From Escherichia phage ECO07P3: a stretch of DNA of 64,000 nt. Below are positions 1 through 10,358 of this stretch, piece after piece (position 1 is the stretch's first letter; each line of letters opens with the position of its first letter). The notes beneath the pieces are model-generated. The model worked only from the letters and a program-made list of their open reading frames with translations, had not been told where the DNA came from and did not search any database. Made by a program: the position numbers and the translations under genes. The stretch lies in the sequence record OP172786. One strand, 5' to 3'.

Positions 1-1470
1 TTCTTCGGCGAACATTTTCTTTTTCCAATCTTTACGCTGGAAAAATACTTTAGCGATTTCCTTTGGAATGATACCTTCTTGATGCTTATCATACATCCAT
101 CCATTCGGAGAACAAGAATATTCATCACTCGGTTTAGGAGCTGTTCCTGCGATATATTCATGAATTGGATGAACTTTAAACTGACCACGAATAGTTTCAG
201 GACTAATGTTAACCTGACGAATAATACTCGGATACAGAGACGTCAAGTCAAAACTCATAATGTATCGACGAGCAATCGCTTTAGGTTCAAATACAAATGC
301 ACCTGGAAAACTCTGTTTAACGTGCGAACCTTGTTGAGGAATAACCTTATGTTCACCTTTCAATGAGTTAAAAATAATAGCATCCCAAGTTTTAATAGGA
401 CTCATTACACCAGAAAAAGGCATTTTAGCGTAATAAGACATACTTAAAACTAGATCGATAAACCCACGAATTTTATCAATTGCTTGAACTGATTCTACGT
501 CAATGATGTTATAACTAATGTATCGTTGATGATTAGTCTCACGAAGTTTATTAATAGGACCATCGTACGGCAATTTACCTTTTTTGGTTTCGTGCTGAGC
601 AACTGATTCCAAAGAGAATGATGGCAAATTAGTAAATGCGAACTTCTTGTACAAATCTAAATAATCAAGAATAGATACGCCATCAATAGAATAAATTTCT
701 TTGCTACCGTACATATTTTGAATTAGTTTAGATTTTACTCGACCGATTGGAGAGAAACGTTTCATACTACGTTCACCGAGAACCATTTTAACACGATTCA
801 TGATATACGGAACGTCAAATCCCTCAATATTCCAACCAGTAAAAATAGCAGGTCGTTTCTGTTCCCAGAGATTAATATATTCCATGAGCATATCGCGCTC
901 ATTATCAAATGGCATATAAATTACTCGGTCAAGAATTTCTTGAGGAACTTCATCACCACCTTCACAGTCAAGCTTAGCAGCTAACTTTGCATCCCATTTT
1001 GATACTGAACCGTACATTGAATTCAACAAATCAAAGACGTAAAAACGGTCGTCAATTGAATCATAATGAGTGATAGCATCAATTTCATATTCTGCTTTCA
1101 TTGGGTCAGGAAATTTATCGCCAGTAACCTCAATATCACAGTTAGCTACACGAACAAATTTTCGGTCATAAACAATTTCTGAACCATATGTATCACTGAT
1201 ATAAGCGAGTTTAAAATCGTTCATACCGAGAGCTTCGAGACCGATGTCTTCCATTCGCTTCATCCAATCTCGAGCATCTTTCATTGATGGAAATTTTTGA
1301 GGAGCGCAGTTTTTACCATAGATGTCTTTGTATTTTGACTCTTCCTTACAATGCCTAAACATAGTTGGAAGATATTCTACTTCACGAGTACGTTCCTTTC
1401 CGTTTTCATCAATATAACGTTCAACAATGTTATTTCCGACTGTTTCGATAGAGATATAAAATTCTTTCAT
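1..1470 (-). CDS. 43: DNA polymerase gp43, N-terminal 490 codons (gene continues beyond window start)
   Basis: Minus-strand ORF cut by the window edge, so absent from the ORF track; ATG at 1470-1468 after an AGGAA RBS; translation begins MKEFYISIETVGNNIVERYIDENGKERTREVEYLPTMF..., recognisable as the T4-family family-B polymerase N-terminus. Confidence 0.93.
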   Translation of the reverse strand, partial: MKEFYISIETVGNNIVERYIDENGKERTREVEYLPTMFRHCKEESKYKDIYGKNCAPQKFPSMKDARDWMKRMEDIGLEALGMNDFKLAYISDTYGSEIVYDRKFVRVANCDIEVTGDKFPDPMKAEYEIDAITHYDSIDDRFYVFDLLNSMYGSVSKWDAKLAAKLDCEGGDEVPQEILDRVIYMPFDNERDMLMEYINLWEQKRPAIFTGWNIEGFDVPYIMNRVKMVLGERSMKRFSPIGRVKSKLIQNMYGSKEIYSIDGVSILDYLDLYKKFAFTNLPSFSLESVAQHETKKGKLPYDGPINKLRETNHQRYISYNIIDVESVQAIDKIRGFIDLVLSMSYYAKMPFSGVMSPIKTWDAIIFNSLKGEHKVIPQQGSHVKQSFPGAFVFEPKAIARRYIMSFDLTSLYPSIIRQVNISPETIRGQFKVHPIHEYIAGTAPKPSDEYSCSPNGWMYDKHQEGIIPKEIAKVFFQRKDWKKKMFAEE

Positions 1471-1488
1471 AGATATTCCTTAGTTTAT

Positions 1489-1506
1489 AGCCCGAGTTAT
1501 TAGGCT
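1489..1506 (-). promoter_or_regulatory. gp43 translational operator hairpin (RNA: AGCCU-AAUAACUC-GGGCU)
   Basis: On the minus-strand mRNA, about 15 nt upstream of the gene 43 start, a 5-bp stem encloses the 8-nt loop AAUAACUC, the loop sequence of the known T4 gp43 autogenous operator. Confidence 0.75.
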
Positions 1507-1530
1507 CTTGATATATTATACTCCAAATAA

Positions 1531-1544
1531 GGGGCCGAAGCCCC
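1531..1544 (-). terminator. UUCG-tetraloop hairpin (RNA GGGGCUUCGGCCCC), regA-43 intergenic
   Basis: Plus strand ggggccgaagcccc; on the minus transcript this is a GC stem closing a C(UUCG)G tetraloop. Confidence 0.6.
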
Positions 1545-1548
1545 TTGC

Positions 1549-1917
1549 TTAATTACCAATCGTATATTTAGGAACGAGTTTCCATTCATGTTTTTGTTTA
1601 AAAGAAATAACTCGGAAGTTATTAGTTAAATCTTTCATAAAAGTTCTTTGACTGGGAGCGATTTCAATCAGTCCCCAATCTTCTAACAGCCATGCAATCG
1701 AATCACGACGAACTTCATCTTCTTCTGTCATTTCAACCTGACGGCCATCCATACGAAGCATTTCTTTAAAATGAACGATATAGTATAGTCCTTTTTTCTG
1801 AAGAATATGACAGGACTGATACAGAACTTTATCTTTATTATTAGCAATTCCCATGCGAGTCAAAGTTTCTTTTACTTTCAGAAAATCTTCAGGTTTTTTA
1901 AGAGTAATTTCAATCAT
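1549..1917 (-). CDS. regA: RegA translational repressor
   Basis: 122-aa ORF MIEITLKKPEDFLKVKETLTRMGIANNKDKVLYQSCHILQKKGLYY... matches remembered T4 RegA in sequence, length and position between 62 and 43. Confidence 0.93.
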   Translation of the reverse strand: MIEITLKKPEDFLKVKETLTRMGIANNKDKVLYQSCHILQKKGLYYIVHFKEMLRMDGRQVEMTEEDEVRRDSIAWLLEDWGLIEIAPSQRTFMKDLTNNFRVISFKQKHEWKLVPKYTIGN

Positions 1918-1918
1918 T

Positions 1919-2482
1919 TTACCATTCCAATGCTAGTTTTTTGAGTTGTTTCTGTTCTTTTACGTTCTTAGTCACTTCTTTCAAAAAATCATCCGTGACT
2001 AATCCTTTAAGTTCTTTTAATACTAAAGGTAGTTTTCCATTTTTAGTAAGAATTGATTTATAGTTAATTGCATCATTTGTATTAACTTGATACCGCTTAG
2101 CAAGTAACTTAATAATCAATACTTCGGTGGAATCTTCAACTAGTTTTGCCCATTTACCATATCTTTTACCACGAGGAACTGCAGCCATTAGATAATTAAA
2201 ATGAGCTTCATCACTTAAGCCTGATCCAATTAAATTCATAGCATATACAGCTGGCATGCACTCAGGAAATTGTGATAATGCATTCTCAACCATGTATTTT
2301 GAATAATCTTTTTGAGCAATAGAGCAATTAGTTTTATTATTAATAGCTCCAATTATTTCAAAAAATTCATTTTCAGCTTTTTCTTTAAAAGAATCAGCAG
2401 CAGATTGGACAGCTGTCCAATCTTTTGAATACCAAGCAACTTGGTGTTCGTTTAATTGAATATCATCTTCAAATAAGCTCAT
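1919..2482 (-). CDS. 62: clamp loader small subunit gp62
   Basis: 187-aa ORF between regA and gene 44, as in T4; stop/start overlap with gene 44. Confidence 0.88.
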   Translation of the reverse strand: MSLFEDDIQLNEHQVAWYSKDWTAVQSAADSFKEKAENEFFEIIGAINNKTNCSIAQKDYSKYMVENALSQFPECMPAVYAMNLIGSGLSDEAHFNYLMAAVPRGKRYGKWAKLVEDSTEVLIIKLLAKRYQVNTNDAINYKSILTKNGKLPLVLKELKGLVTDDFLKEVTKNVKEQKQLKKLALEW

Positions 2483-2483
2483 A

Positions 2484-3443
2484 TCACTTCCACTGCATTT
2501 CGCATGCCAATTGAATGAAAAGATATGCTAAATGTAATTCCGTATTAGCCGCAATTCCATGATACTGGTTATTTTCACCAACAATTTCATACATACGAAT
2601 AATACTTTGCGGAGTTACGCGTGTATAAATTTCTTCGGCAAGTTTACCAACGAACCACGAATAATCAGCCGCATATTTTGGTGCTAAAGCTCTGAGTTGT
2701 TTAACATCTTTATTTTTGAGAGACTCAAGAACATCATCAATAGCACCACGATCGTTAGTAACCAGTGATAAAATACCAGCATCCAAAACACCTTTAGATG
2801 AATAACTATCGAGCTCACCAATAGTTTTACGAAAATCAGGAAAATTCTTTTTAACCAAAGCTGCTACAACTTTCATATCAGCTATAGCAATTCCTTCATG
2901 CTTACAGATTTCAGTCAATCGACGAATCATCTGCTTCATCATTTCAATTTTATCTTCATCGGTCGGTTGACCGAACGTAATAACTCGGCAGCGTGACTGA
3001 AGCGGTTTAATAATACCATCAATATTGTTAGCAGTAATAATAATACTACAGTTTGAACTATAAGCTTCCATAAAGGAACGAAGATGTCGCTGAGACTCTG
3101 CTAACCCTGAACGGTCAAATTCATCAATAACGATTACTTTTTGACGACCATCAAATGAAGCTGCACTAGCAAAATTAGTCAAAGGACCACGAACGAAATC
3201 AATTTTACAATCTGACCCATTCACAAACATCATATCAGCATTTACATCATGACACAATGCTTTTGCTACAGTTGTTTTACCTGTTCCTGGAGAAGGAGAA
3301 TGAAGAATAATATGTGGAATCTTACCTTTACTTGTAATAGATTTAAAGGTTTCTTTATCAAAGGCGGGAAGAATACATTCATCGATAGTAGATGGACGAT
3401 ATTTCTGTTCAAGAATGTGTTCTTTTTCATTTACAGTAATCAT
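2484..3443 (-). CDS. 44: clamp loader ATPase gp44
   Basis: Walker A GTGKTT and the SRC motif (LQSRCRV); track start is TTG, first ATG (3443) follows GAGGAAATT and gives 319 aa as in T4 gp44. Confidence 0.92.
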   Translation of the reverse strand: MITVNEKEHILEQKYRPSTIDECILPAFDKETFKSITSKGKIPHIILHSPSPGTGKTTVAKALCHDVNADMMFVNGSDCKIDFVRGPLTNFASAASFDGRQKVIVIDEFDRSGLAESQRHLRSFMEAYSSNCSIIITANNIDGIIKPLQSRCRVITFGQPTDEDKIEMMKQMIRRLTEICKHEGIAIADMKVVAALVKKNFPDFRKTIGELDSYSSKGVLDAGILSLVTNDRGAIDDVLESLKNKDVKQLRALAPKYAADYSWFVGKLAEEIYTRVTPQSIIRMYEIVGENNQYHGIAANTELHLAYLFIQLACEMQWK

Positions 3444-3478
3444 AATTTCCTCATTCAAGTTTTAGTGTAAATTATAAA

Positions 3479-3490
3479 GGGCCGAAGCCC
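3479..3490 (-). terminator. UUCG-tetraloop hairpin (RNA GGGCUUCGGCCC), 45-44 intergenic
   Basis: Plus gggccgaagccc flanked by A/T runs. Confidence 0.6.
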
Positions 3491-3494
3491 TTTA

Positions 3495-4181
3495 TTAAAA
3501 ATCGTGGGTAGAATCAGCTTCAAGAGCTACTACATAATTCGCATGTTCACCTTCAAATTTAGCAGCACCTTGTTTACCTTTTGCCCAGAGCAGAAGTTTA
3601 TAATTTCCTGGTTGCATTTTCATATTTGCCATATTGATAATGAAATTAAATGTATTTTCACCATCATAATCACCAAGAGTCAAAGAATATTTAACACGGG
3701 TCAAAGCAGAATCTTCCACTTTATTAAAACCATTAATTACGATTTTACCTTCTTTTACTGTGATAGCAATTGTATCAATCTGCAGACCACGAGATACACG
3801 CAACAGCTGTTGAAGGTCTTCAGCTTTAATTTCAGTAACAACAGATGCTACCGGGAATGGAATTGGTTTATTAGGAGCAACTACTGTACTCGGATCGGCT
3901 GCTGGCCAAAAAATTGTTGAACGGGCATCAGCAATTTTAATATTACCATCTTCTGACTGGGAAATTTCTGCATCATCATTAACGAGAGACAGAATACCAA
4001 GAAAACCGTTCAAATCGTAAATCGCTACATCAAAATCAATAGTGTCAGAAATATTTGCTTCCGCATAAGTTGTACCATTAACCGCGCGAGTCATAATAAA
4101 TTGACCAGATTTAAGCATAATACCAGAGTTAATAGTAGCGAAATTTTTGAGCAGAGCAGTAGTATCTTTAGACAGTTTCAT
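3495..4181 (-). CDS. 45: sliding clamp gp45
   Basis: 228-aa ORF MKLSKDTTALLKNFATINSGIMLKSGQFIMTRAVNGTTYAEANISDTIDFDVAIYDLNGFLG... matches remembered T4 gp45; ATG at 4181. Confidence 0.94.
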   Translation of the reverse strand: MKLSKDTTALLKNFATINSGIMLKSGQFIMTRAVNGTTYAEANISDTIDFDVAIYDLNGFLGILSLVNDDAEISQSEDGNIKIADARSTIFWPAADPSTVVAPNKPIPFPVASVVTEIKAEDLQQLLRVSRGLQIDTIAITVKEGKIVINGFNKVEDSALTRVKYSLTLGDYDGENTFNFIINMANMKMQPGNYKLLLWAKGKQGAAKFEGEHANYVVALEADSTHDF

Positions 4182-4236
4182 GTAATTTCCTTCAATTCAA
4201 ATGAGATTTAATTTTATAACTAATTTAATAAAGCAA

Positions 4237-4626
4237 TTAACGATTAAAATCAGCAGCAATTGTTTCCGCAACAATTTGAGCAGCAACAATTAGACGTTCA
4301 TCTGCATTACCGCAATAACCATCTTCAAGGCGTTCACCACATGAAGTCATAATAAATTTAGCACCAGCATTTAGAGATTCTGCCGTATGTTTGCGCATCA
4401 GTTCAATCCATTTATCACTCACTTCACGATCGATAGCTTCATAATACGCATGACGAGCAGGTGCAGATTTAATTTTGCTCTGAATAACTTCCATTGCGTT
4501 ATCAGAAAGAGACAAAACCCATGCTCGACGAATTTTATTTTGGTTTTGTGGATTTGATTCAGAACGCACGTGTTTTGGCTGAATATCTTTTACATCAACA
4601 GTATAATTCACAGTAATTTTAGTCAT
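4237..4626 (-). CDS. rpbA: RNA polymerase-binding protein RpbA
   Basis: 129-aa ORF at the T4 rpbA position downstream of gene 45; same length as T4 RpbA. Confidence 0.75.
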   Translation of the reverse strand: MTKITVNYTVDVKDIQPKHVRSESNPQNQNKIRRAWVLSLSDNAMEVIQSKIKSAPARHAYYEAIDREVSDKWIELMRKHTAESLNAGAKFIMTSCGERLEDGYCGNADERLIVAAQIVAETIAADFNR

Positions 4627-4635
4627 AATACACCT

Positions 4636-4824
4636 TTAGTCATAATAATCAGTAACAGTCCAAGCTTCATTTCTGTTGGACATTATTTTCGTATATTCTG
4701 ATTTAAATGCATTCTTAAGCATAGATTCAGTAACTATATGCTCTTCATTAGAAAAATTATTTCTCAGAATATATCGTTTTATTTCAGGAATAGTTAATAG
4801 ATGCTGTCCAGTTGAATATTCCAT
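4636..4824 (-). CDS. hypothetical protein (T4 45.2 position)
   Basis: 62-aa ORF, ATG at 4824 after GGAGGAAAAAC. Confidence 0.55.
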   Translation of the reverse strand: MEYSTGQHLLTIPEIKRYILRNNFSNEEHIVTESMLKNAFKSEYTKIMSNRNEAWTVTDYYD

Positions 4825-4879
4825 GTTTTTCCTCCATAGAGATTATACTCTAATAAATTAAAGCATAATCTCTTATAAA

Positions 4880-6562
4880 TTAAACCATTACAGTAAATCG
4901 ACCAACTTTCTTCATTTGAAGATGCTGACCATATGCTTGCGGGTCATGGTCTCTGTGTGAAATAACAAAAACATTAGTATTTTTTAAACTATCTAAAATA
5001 GTTGAAATAGCTTTTACACCTTCAACATCAGTTGCTGAATCAAAAACTTCATCGAGAATTAGTGTGTTTATTTTAACACCTGAAACTTTTTCAGCAATAT
5101 CACGCCAAGTAAATAAAAGAGCAATATCAATTCGTGCTTTTTCACCTTGACTAAATGAAGCATAACTAAAATCTTCACGACCACGGGATTTAATTGTCTC
5201 ATTAAATTCTTCATCTAATGTAAACACATAATCCGCTTCCATTATTTTAAGATAATGGTTAATTTGCTTATTAAATAATGGAATGTACTTTTTAATAATA
5301 GCACCTTTAATACCAGAATCTTTGAGCATATCAGTCAAAATTCCTCTATGGTATTTTTCCATTACTAAATTAGTTTTTGTCTTAACAATTTTATCAAGTT
5401 CTTCTTGAAGCAGTGCTATTTCATCAGCATGGTCAATAAACTCAGATGATGCTTTTTCTATAGCCGCTTTAACTTTTTTAGCTTTATCTACCGTCGTGAT
5501 TAGAGATTGCTTTTTATTGCGAATATCATTCGCCAACGTCTGCTGGGTTTTAATATTATCTCGGTATTCGTCAACAAGAACTTTTAAATTATCACGATGT
5601 GTTGAAAGCTGTTCAAATGAATGCGTACATTCAGAAACTTTATCTTTAATTTTAGAAACAACTTTATCACCGGAACTTAATTGTGACAAACAGGTTGGAC
5701 ATAATCCACCTTCGTGATACATATTAATGACTTTATTATATGAGTCAATTTTTGATTTAATTAAAAATGCTTCTTGACCGATTTTATTAAATGCATCAGT
5801 CGGGTCTTCATCTAAAACAATATTAACTAATCTTTCATTAGCTTCTTCTATTTCCGATTTTAACGTTCTAGCTTCCTTCGCCAAATCATCATACATATTC
5901 TGTAGACGAGTAAGGTTATCACCAGTTAATTTTTTCTGGCGTTCAACGTTATCATTATATATTTTAATTTGCTGGATAATACTATCTTTTTTAACATCAA
6001 GCACTTGGTTTTGTGAATTTAATTCACGTATTAGTGCTTTATTAAGCTTATCCATTTCAGCTAATGTTCCTACCTCAAGCAGGTCTTCCACAAGCTTTCT
6101 TCGCGCAGGGGTCGACAAACCCATGAAAGGGGTATACCCTGCTGTACCAAGGACAACAATCTGCTTGAAACTGGCATATGACATTCCGATAAGCTGTTCA
6201 AATTCTGCTTGGAAATCTTTACTGCTGGCAGATTCATTAAGACGTGTACCGTTAACGGTGATTTCGAAAACGTTTGGTTTTTGTCCTCTTTTGATATAGT
6301 ACTTTTTCTCATCATATTCCATCCACAGTTCAACTAAAAGTTCTTTTTTATTTGTGCTGTTTATTAATTGACCTTTCTTTACATCACGAAATGGCTTGCC
6401 AAAAAGCCCAAATGTGATGGCTTCTAGCATAGTAGACTTACCACCGCCATTTCGTCCAGTAATAAGAGTTTTTTGAACCTTATCTAGTTGAATGTCAATA
6501 GGATTTCCACCTACTGACATTATATTTTGATACCTAACTCGATTTAGTTTAAAATTCTTCAC
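4880..6562 (-). CDS. 46: recombination nuclease subunit gp46 (Rad50/SbcC-like ATPase)
   Basis: 560-aa ORF with Walker A GRNGGGKST, long coiled coil, CPTC zinc hook and C-terminal ABC signature region; apparent GTG start at 6562 after AAGGA. Confidence 0.92.
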   Translation of the reverse strand: MKNFKLNRVRYQNIMSVGGNPIDIQLDKVQKTLITGRNGGGKSTMLEAITFGLFGKPFRDVKKGQLINSTNKKELLVELWMEYDEKKYYIKRGQKPNVFEITVNGTRLNESASSKDFQAEFEQLIGMSYASFKQIVVLGTAGYTPFMGLSTPARRKLVEDLLEVGTLAEMDKLNKALIRELNSQNQVLDVKKDSIIQQIKIYNDNVERQKKLTGDNLTRLQNMYDDLAKEARTLKSEIEEANERLVNIVLDEDPTDAFNKIGQEAFLIKSKIDSYNKVINMYHEGGLCPTCLSQLSSGDKVVSKIKDKVSECTHSFEQLSTHRDNLKVLVDEYRDNIKTQQTLANDIRNKKQSLITTVDKAKKVKAAIEKASSEFIDHADEIALLQEELDKIVKTKTNLVMEKYHRGILTDMLKDSGIKGAIIKKYIPLFNKQINHYLKIMEADYVFTLDEEFNETIKSRGREDFSYASFSQGEKARIDIALLFTWRDIAEKVSGVKINTLILDEVFDSATDVEGVKAISTILDSLKNTNVFVISHRDHDPQAYGQHLQMKKVGRFTVMV

Positions 6563-6774
6563 AAAAGATTCCTTTTAATGTATCTTTTAGACCATTCTAT
6601 CATATCATCATAATCTAAAAAGTATTCATCAAATTCAGCCATGCAAACAACACCTTGTGCTGCTTTTGATGTGATATAAATTATTCCAACATATCTAGAA
6701 TCTTCTTCGGTGTAATCAATATTTGCTATGAATTCATCGTTAATGTCAAATGTCGAAAACTTCACAGTATGCAT
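6559..6774 (-). CDS. hypothetical protein (T4 46.1 position); start uncertain
   Basis: ORF between genes 46 and 47; candidate ATG at 6774 or a nearby GTG. Confidence 0.4.
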   Translation of the reverse strand: MHTVKFSTFDINDEFIANIDYTEEDSRYVGIIYITSKAAQGVVCMAEFDEYFLDYDDMIEWSKRYIKRNLL

Positions 6775-7009
6775 CCTTAATACAAGATACAGCCATATCT
6801 TGTAATGATTTAGGTGTGTCATTATCTAAAATGTTGAAGTTAAAAGATACAGCCCAGTCAGTGCAGACCGTGACCTTTTTAATACAATTATCTTCAACCT
6901 CTAGCGGTTCAAACCAATATTCAATAATTTCTTTATGCCCAATATCATCTTTTACTTCACATTCAAAATGCTGACTCATCATAACATTTTTAAATTCATC
7001 AAAAGTCAT
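6746..7009 (-). CDS. hypothetical protein (T4 46.2 position)
   Basis: 87-aa ORF, ATG at 7009, overlapping the gene 47 stop. Confidence 0.5.
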   Translation of the reverse strand: MTFDEFKNVMMSQHFECEVKDDIGHKEIIEYWFEPLEVEDNCIKKVTVCTDWAVSFNFNILDNDTPKSLQDMAVSCIKDAYCEVFDI

Positions 7010-8025
7010 TGTGTTGCCTCTACATATAACTGATTTGCATATTGAATAAGTGCTTCACGGTCAGAATCAGTGATGTCTGGAATTGCATTAATGTATTCTT
7101 CCATCAACGTCTGAAGAGATTGAACTTCAACTTCTTCACTATCATCTGACTCGACAGAGTTATCAATCTTTGACACAACTCGTAATGAATGCACAACTTT
7201 TTCTAGTTCAGATTCGAACTTTGTCAGATTTTTGTCTACCTCAGTTACTATAACACGTACTGACAGATTTGTAAAATCTTTATAGTCAATTTTTCCTTTA
7301 AATGGATATTGAATTCGACGATGCCAGGTAGTGTTGTTTGGAATAAATTCCATTCGTTCTGTTTCTGTATCAAACATCCAGAACCCACGAGGGTCATTCT
7401 CGTCACCTGCAGTTAGTGTCCATGGTGTCCCAATATATCTGACGTTAGCAGCCTCAGAGATAGTATGGAAGTGACCAGACCACACTTCTTTATAAGTCTT
7501 AAGGAAATCAGGTTCAAGACCGTGAGATTTCATTCCTTTATAAAAATAAAATCCATTCAGTTCCCAGTGACCAACACAAAAAGAAGCAGATGAAGTTTTG
7601 ATGTGTTCAAGAATTTCACCAGTATTTTCTTCACACATCCAAGGAATTAAATCAATCAAACATCCGTCAAAATCTACTGTAGTAGGCTTATCATATACTT
7701 TAACATTAGGATATTTAGCTAAAAGCTCAGTAGAAGCATTTGGAGTTAAAGTATTTTTAAAGTGCATATCATGGTTTCCTACAACAGTATGTAGGGTAAT
7801 ACCAGCATCATCAAGCATTTGAACTATTTCACGTGCGAACTCCATAGTTTTATGCGTGATTGCTTTTCGCACATCAAAAATATCACCGTATTGAATCCAT
7901 GTAGTAATTCCATTTTTCTTAGAATATTCTATCGCCTGCTTAATTCCATCCAACTGGATTGATTGAACCCACTCATCATCGGCTTTAACACCTAAATGCC
8001 AATCACCTAAATTTAAAATTTTCAT
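7006..8025 (-). CDS. 47: recombination nuclease subunit gp47 (Mre11/SbcD-like phosphoesterase)
   Basis: 339-aa ORF with calcineurin-like phosphoesterase motifs (DWHLG, GDIFD, GNHD, GHWE); same length as T4 gp47. Confidence 0.92.
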   Translation of the reverse strand: MKILNLGDWHLGVKADDEWVQSIQLDGIKQAIEYSKKNGITTWIQYGDIFDVRKAITHKTMEFAREIVQMLDDAGITLHTVVGNHDMHFKNTLTPNASTELLAKYPNVKVYDKPTTVDFDGCLIDLIPWMCEENTGEILEHIKTSSASFCVGHWELNGFYFYKGMKSHGLEPDFLKTYKEVWSGHFHTISEAANVRYIGTPWTLTAGDENDPRGFWMFDTETERMEFIPNNTTWHRRIQYPFKGKIDYKDFTNLSVRVIVTEVDKNLTKFESELEKVVHSLRVVSKIDNSVESDDSEEVEVQSLQTLMEEYINAIPDITDSDREALIQYANQLYVEATQ

Positions 8026-8162
8026 ATATCAAGAACCGTCATTGAAATGCAAAATAAAATTATTGAAATAAACCCATCTGGAGTGCTAAAGAACCCAATC
8101 CAGCATGCTTTGGTGAATAGATAAAATGCAAGAAAAAGTATCACATATCCAAGAAATATCAT
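8022..8162 (-). CDS. small hydrophobic peptide (46 aa), putative
   Basis: Unlisted ORF MIFLGYVILFLAFYLFTKACWIGFFSTPDGFISIILFCISMTVLDI; its TGA overlaps the gene 47 ATG (ATGA). Confidence 0.3.
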   Translation of the reverse strand: MIFLGYVILFLAFYLFTKACWIGFFSTPDGFISIILFCISMTVLDI

Positions 8163-8188
8163 TATATCAAACTCCGTATAAAGCTAAA

Positions 8189-8200
8189 GGGCCGAAGCCC
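8189..8200 (-). terminator. UUCG-tetraloop hairpin (RNA GGGCUUCGGCCC) downstream of a-gt
   Basis: Plus gggccgaagccc directly after the a-gt stop. Confidence 0.6.
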
Positions 8201-8201
8201 T

Positions 8202-9404
8202 TTATTTTGTAATAATGTCAAACTGTTCTTTAAAGCAGAAGCTTGAATCTTGATGCTGATACAAAAATTCATAAGCTTTTTCGCGTTCACGGTCATAAAG
8301 AGCTCGGTCAGATGACAGTTCTTTAATACGCTCAAATGTTGATTCCATGTCATTTTCATCAAACCAAATGATACCGCTATCATGCGAGGTCAAAGGAGTA
8401 TTATCAACACGGAATTTCAAATTATCACCTGTTGATTTCCAGAAAACAGGAATTGTACCACAAGCACCTAATTCAAGATGAGTATATTCGAGTGAACGTT
8501 GTAAGTATTTCTGGTTAAGTTTACTCAACTGATATCCAAAGCCAGATTTACTCATTCGTTCAAGCATTTCGCTATTAATATAACAATCTAGGATTTGTGC
8601 CGGTTGATTCGGCGTGAGATTCATTTTATCAATCTCACGATTACCATAATATTCATACGGAATACCTTTTTCCTTAATTGCAATAAAAGCAGGGGAACGT
8701 TCAAGACCTTCCAATACAGTGGATTTACCAGCAGGTTTTAAGAATTTTTCATGAAAATCAAACATCTGATAAAAACCTTTCCATGTAGTCGTACGACCAA
8801 TCCAACGGTTGATATTCATGTTAATTTCAGAAACATCTTTCCAATAAGTTGACCGAACCTTCGCAATATCCATAGGAGGCTGAAAGTTGTATACGGTCGG
8901 TGCTTCTTCAATATCATCAAACAGAGAAACAGTTTCTGGATACCACTCTTTCATCAGAACTTTATTAAAATCGCCATTATCAGAATGGCTAAAAATAACA
9001 TCAGCTCGACGAACAGTTTCTTCTAATCCCAAATTTCGACGCAAAGAAAGAGAAGAATGGTCATGCTGATAAACTACAACACGAACCGAAGGTTTAATGT
9101 TATCAATAATTTTTTTATAGTTATTAATTGTGTCTTCTTCGACTGAAGTAGCAGGAACTGAATTGATAACTAGAATATCACAATCATTTACCAGCTTAAG
9201 CGTTTTATCGTATTCTTTAGCTAAAATAACTGGAATTGAAAATGATTTGTGGTCATGAGAACTTGTACGAGTAAATGATTTATCTTTAGCATAAACCAAA
9301 GTTACTTCATGACCATTTTTAATAAACCAATCACGCTGCTCAAGAGAAAATTTAGTTACACCGCAACCTTCAAGACCCCGAGCCAGAAAAATGCATACTT
9401 TCAT
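8202..9404 (-). CDS. a-gt: DNA alpha-glucosyltransferase
   Basis: 400-aa ORF (track start MKVCIFLARGLEGCGVTKF...) matches remembered T4 alpha-glucosyltransferase; implies glucosylated hydroxymethylcytosine DNA. Confidence 0.92.
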   Translation of the reverse strand: MKVCIFLARGLEGCGVTKFSLEQRDWFIKNGHEVTLVYAKDKSFTRTSSHDHKSFSIPVILAKEYDKTLKLVNDCDILVINSVPATSVEEDTINNYKKIIDNIKPSVRVVVYQHDHSSLSLRRNLGLEETVRRADVIFSHSDNGDFNKVLMKEWYPETVSLFDDIEEAPTVYNFQPPMDIAKVRSTYWKDVSEINMNINRWIGRTTTWKGFYQMFDFHEKFLKPAGKSTVLEGLERSPAFIAIKEKGIPYEYYGNREIDKMNLTPNQPAQILDCYINSEMLERMSKSGFGYQLSKLNQKYLQRSLEYTHLELGACGTIPVFWKSTGDNLKFRVDNTPLTSHDSGIIWFDENDMESTFERIKELSSDRALYDREREKAYEFLYQHQDSSFCFKEQFDIITK

Positions 9405-9455
9405 TTAATATCCTCATTGTTTTGGTTTATTTTACAAAAAAATTTATAAAGCAAT

Positions 9456-9475
9456 ATAGGAGCCGAAGCTCCTAT
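9456..9475 (-). terminator. UUCG-tetraloop hairpin (RNA AUAGGAGCUUCGGCUCCUAU)
   Basis: Plus ataggagccgaagctcctat; 8-bp stem around UUCG. Confidence 0.55.
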
Positions 9476-9645
9476 CCGCATAATACACCATACAGAGGCT
9501 CATTAGAGCTTCTAAATTTTATGCGCTTATACGTTATAGTTCCTTCTGCTTTAGCTTTATCATGAGACTCTTTAAAGCGTCTCATCATTTCTACTTTAGA
9601 GGAACGAATTTTATTATAATCTATTTCAGAAGTCTGGGTGTTCAT
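9472..9645 (-). CDS. small ORF (57 aa), putative
   Basis: Unlisted ORF MNTQTSEIDYNKIRSSKVEMMRRFKESHDKAKAEG... ending at the hairpin; weak RBS. Confidence 0.3.
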   Translation of the reverse strand: MNTQTSEIDYNKIRSSKVEMMRRFKESHDKAKAEGTITYKRIKFRSSNEPLYGVLCG

Positions 9646-9648
9646 CTT

Positions 9649-9852
9649 TCACAGTTGCCACCATTTTTTGACTTGATAAGAATCAACCCACACTTTCATA
9701 TTAGGGTCTGCTCTTACAATAGGAGGATTAACTTCTTTAATTGAACTATCATGGTATTCTTTTTCAGAAATTTTCACACAAAGATGACCGTTCAAAGATT
9801 CAGTAAATCCTGCATTAATTTTAAGACGCTTGAATTTTACGTGTGTAAGCAT
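9649..9852 (-). CDS. hypothetical protein
   Basis: Track start is TTG; ATG at 9852 follows GAGGA. Confidence 0.45.
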   Translation of the reverse strand: MLTHVKFKRLKINAGFTESLNGHLCVKISEKEYHDSSIKEVNPPIVRADPNMKVWVDSYQVKKWWQL

Positions 9853-10138
9853 CAATCATATCCTCAATCTGCGATCTAGTAGTCTTCCAAAGAATACTAA
9901 TGAGTTCATCGTTATATGGCTGTTTTAGAATATCCCGACTTTTCTTGATAGCATATTCGTATTGAGCAAAATTATTGTTTTCAGCTGCAATCTGAGCGTG
10001 TTTATAAAGACGGTTCAGTTCGCGTTTATTTTTAGACAATAACTTATTTGCTTTTCTTTCTGCTTCAAGACGGTTCTTTTCTTCAATAGAAGAAATAAGC
10101 TTTTCCACTTCATCATTAATTTCGGGTTTATCAGTCAT
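9821..10138 (-). CDS. hypothetical protein (coiled-coil)
   Basis: 105-aa ORF, ATG at 10138 after GAGAAATAAT. Confidence 0.5.
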   Translation of the reverse strand: MTDKPEINDEVEKLISSIEEKNRLEAERKANKLLSKNKRELNRLYKHAQIAAENNNFAQYEYAIKKSRDILKQPYNDELISILWKTTRSQIEDMIDAYTRKIQAS

Positions 10139-10139
10139 A

Positions 10140-10358
10140 TTATTTCTCTAATATAAAATAAAAATCATCATCTGTTAAATGATACCGATAGTTTAATTCT
10201 ACACCATTAGATTTAAAAGCGGTATCATACGGATTTTCTGGATCAATATCAATGTCAAGAGCTAAAACTTCCCTGAGATACATTTTAAGTAAATAGGGAA
10301 TAGCTTCAACTTCAGGTATTTCTTCCAAGAATCCGGAGAGGTTAATCGTTAGCCTCAT
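10140..10358 (-). CDS. hypothetical protein
   Basis: 72-aa ORF, ATG at 10358. Confidence 0.5.

Noticed and set aside
8162-8383. 73-aa minus-strand track ORF overlapping the 3' end of a-gt
   Set aside because: Different frame within a-gt; the shorter 46-aa ORF 8022-8162 is a better candidate for the 47/a-gt gap.
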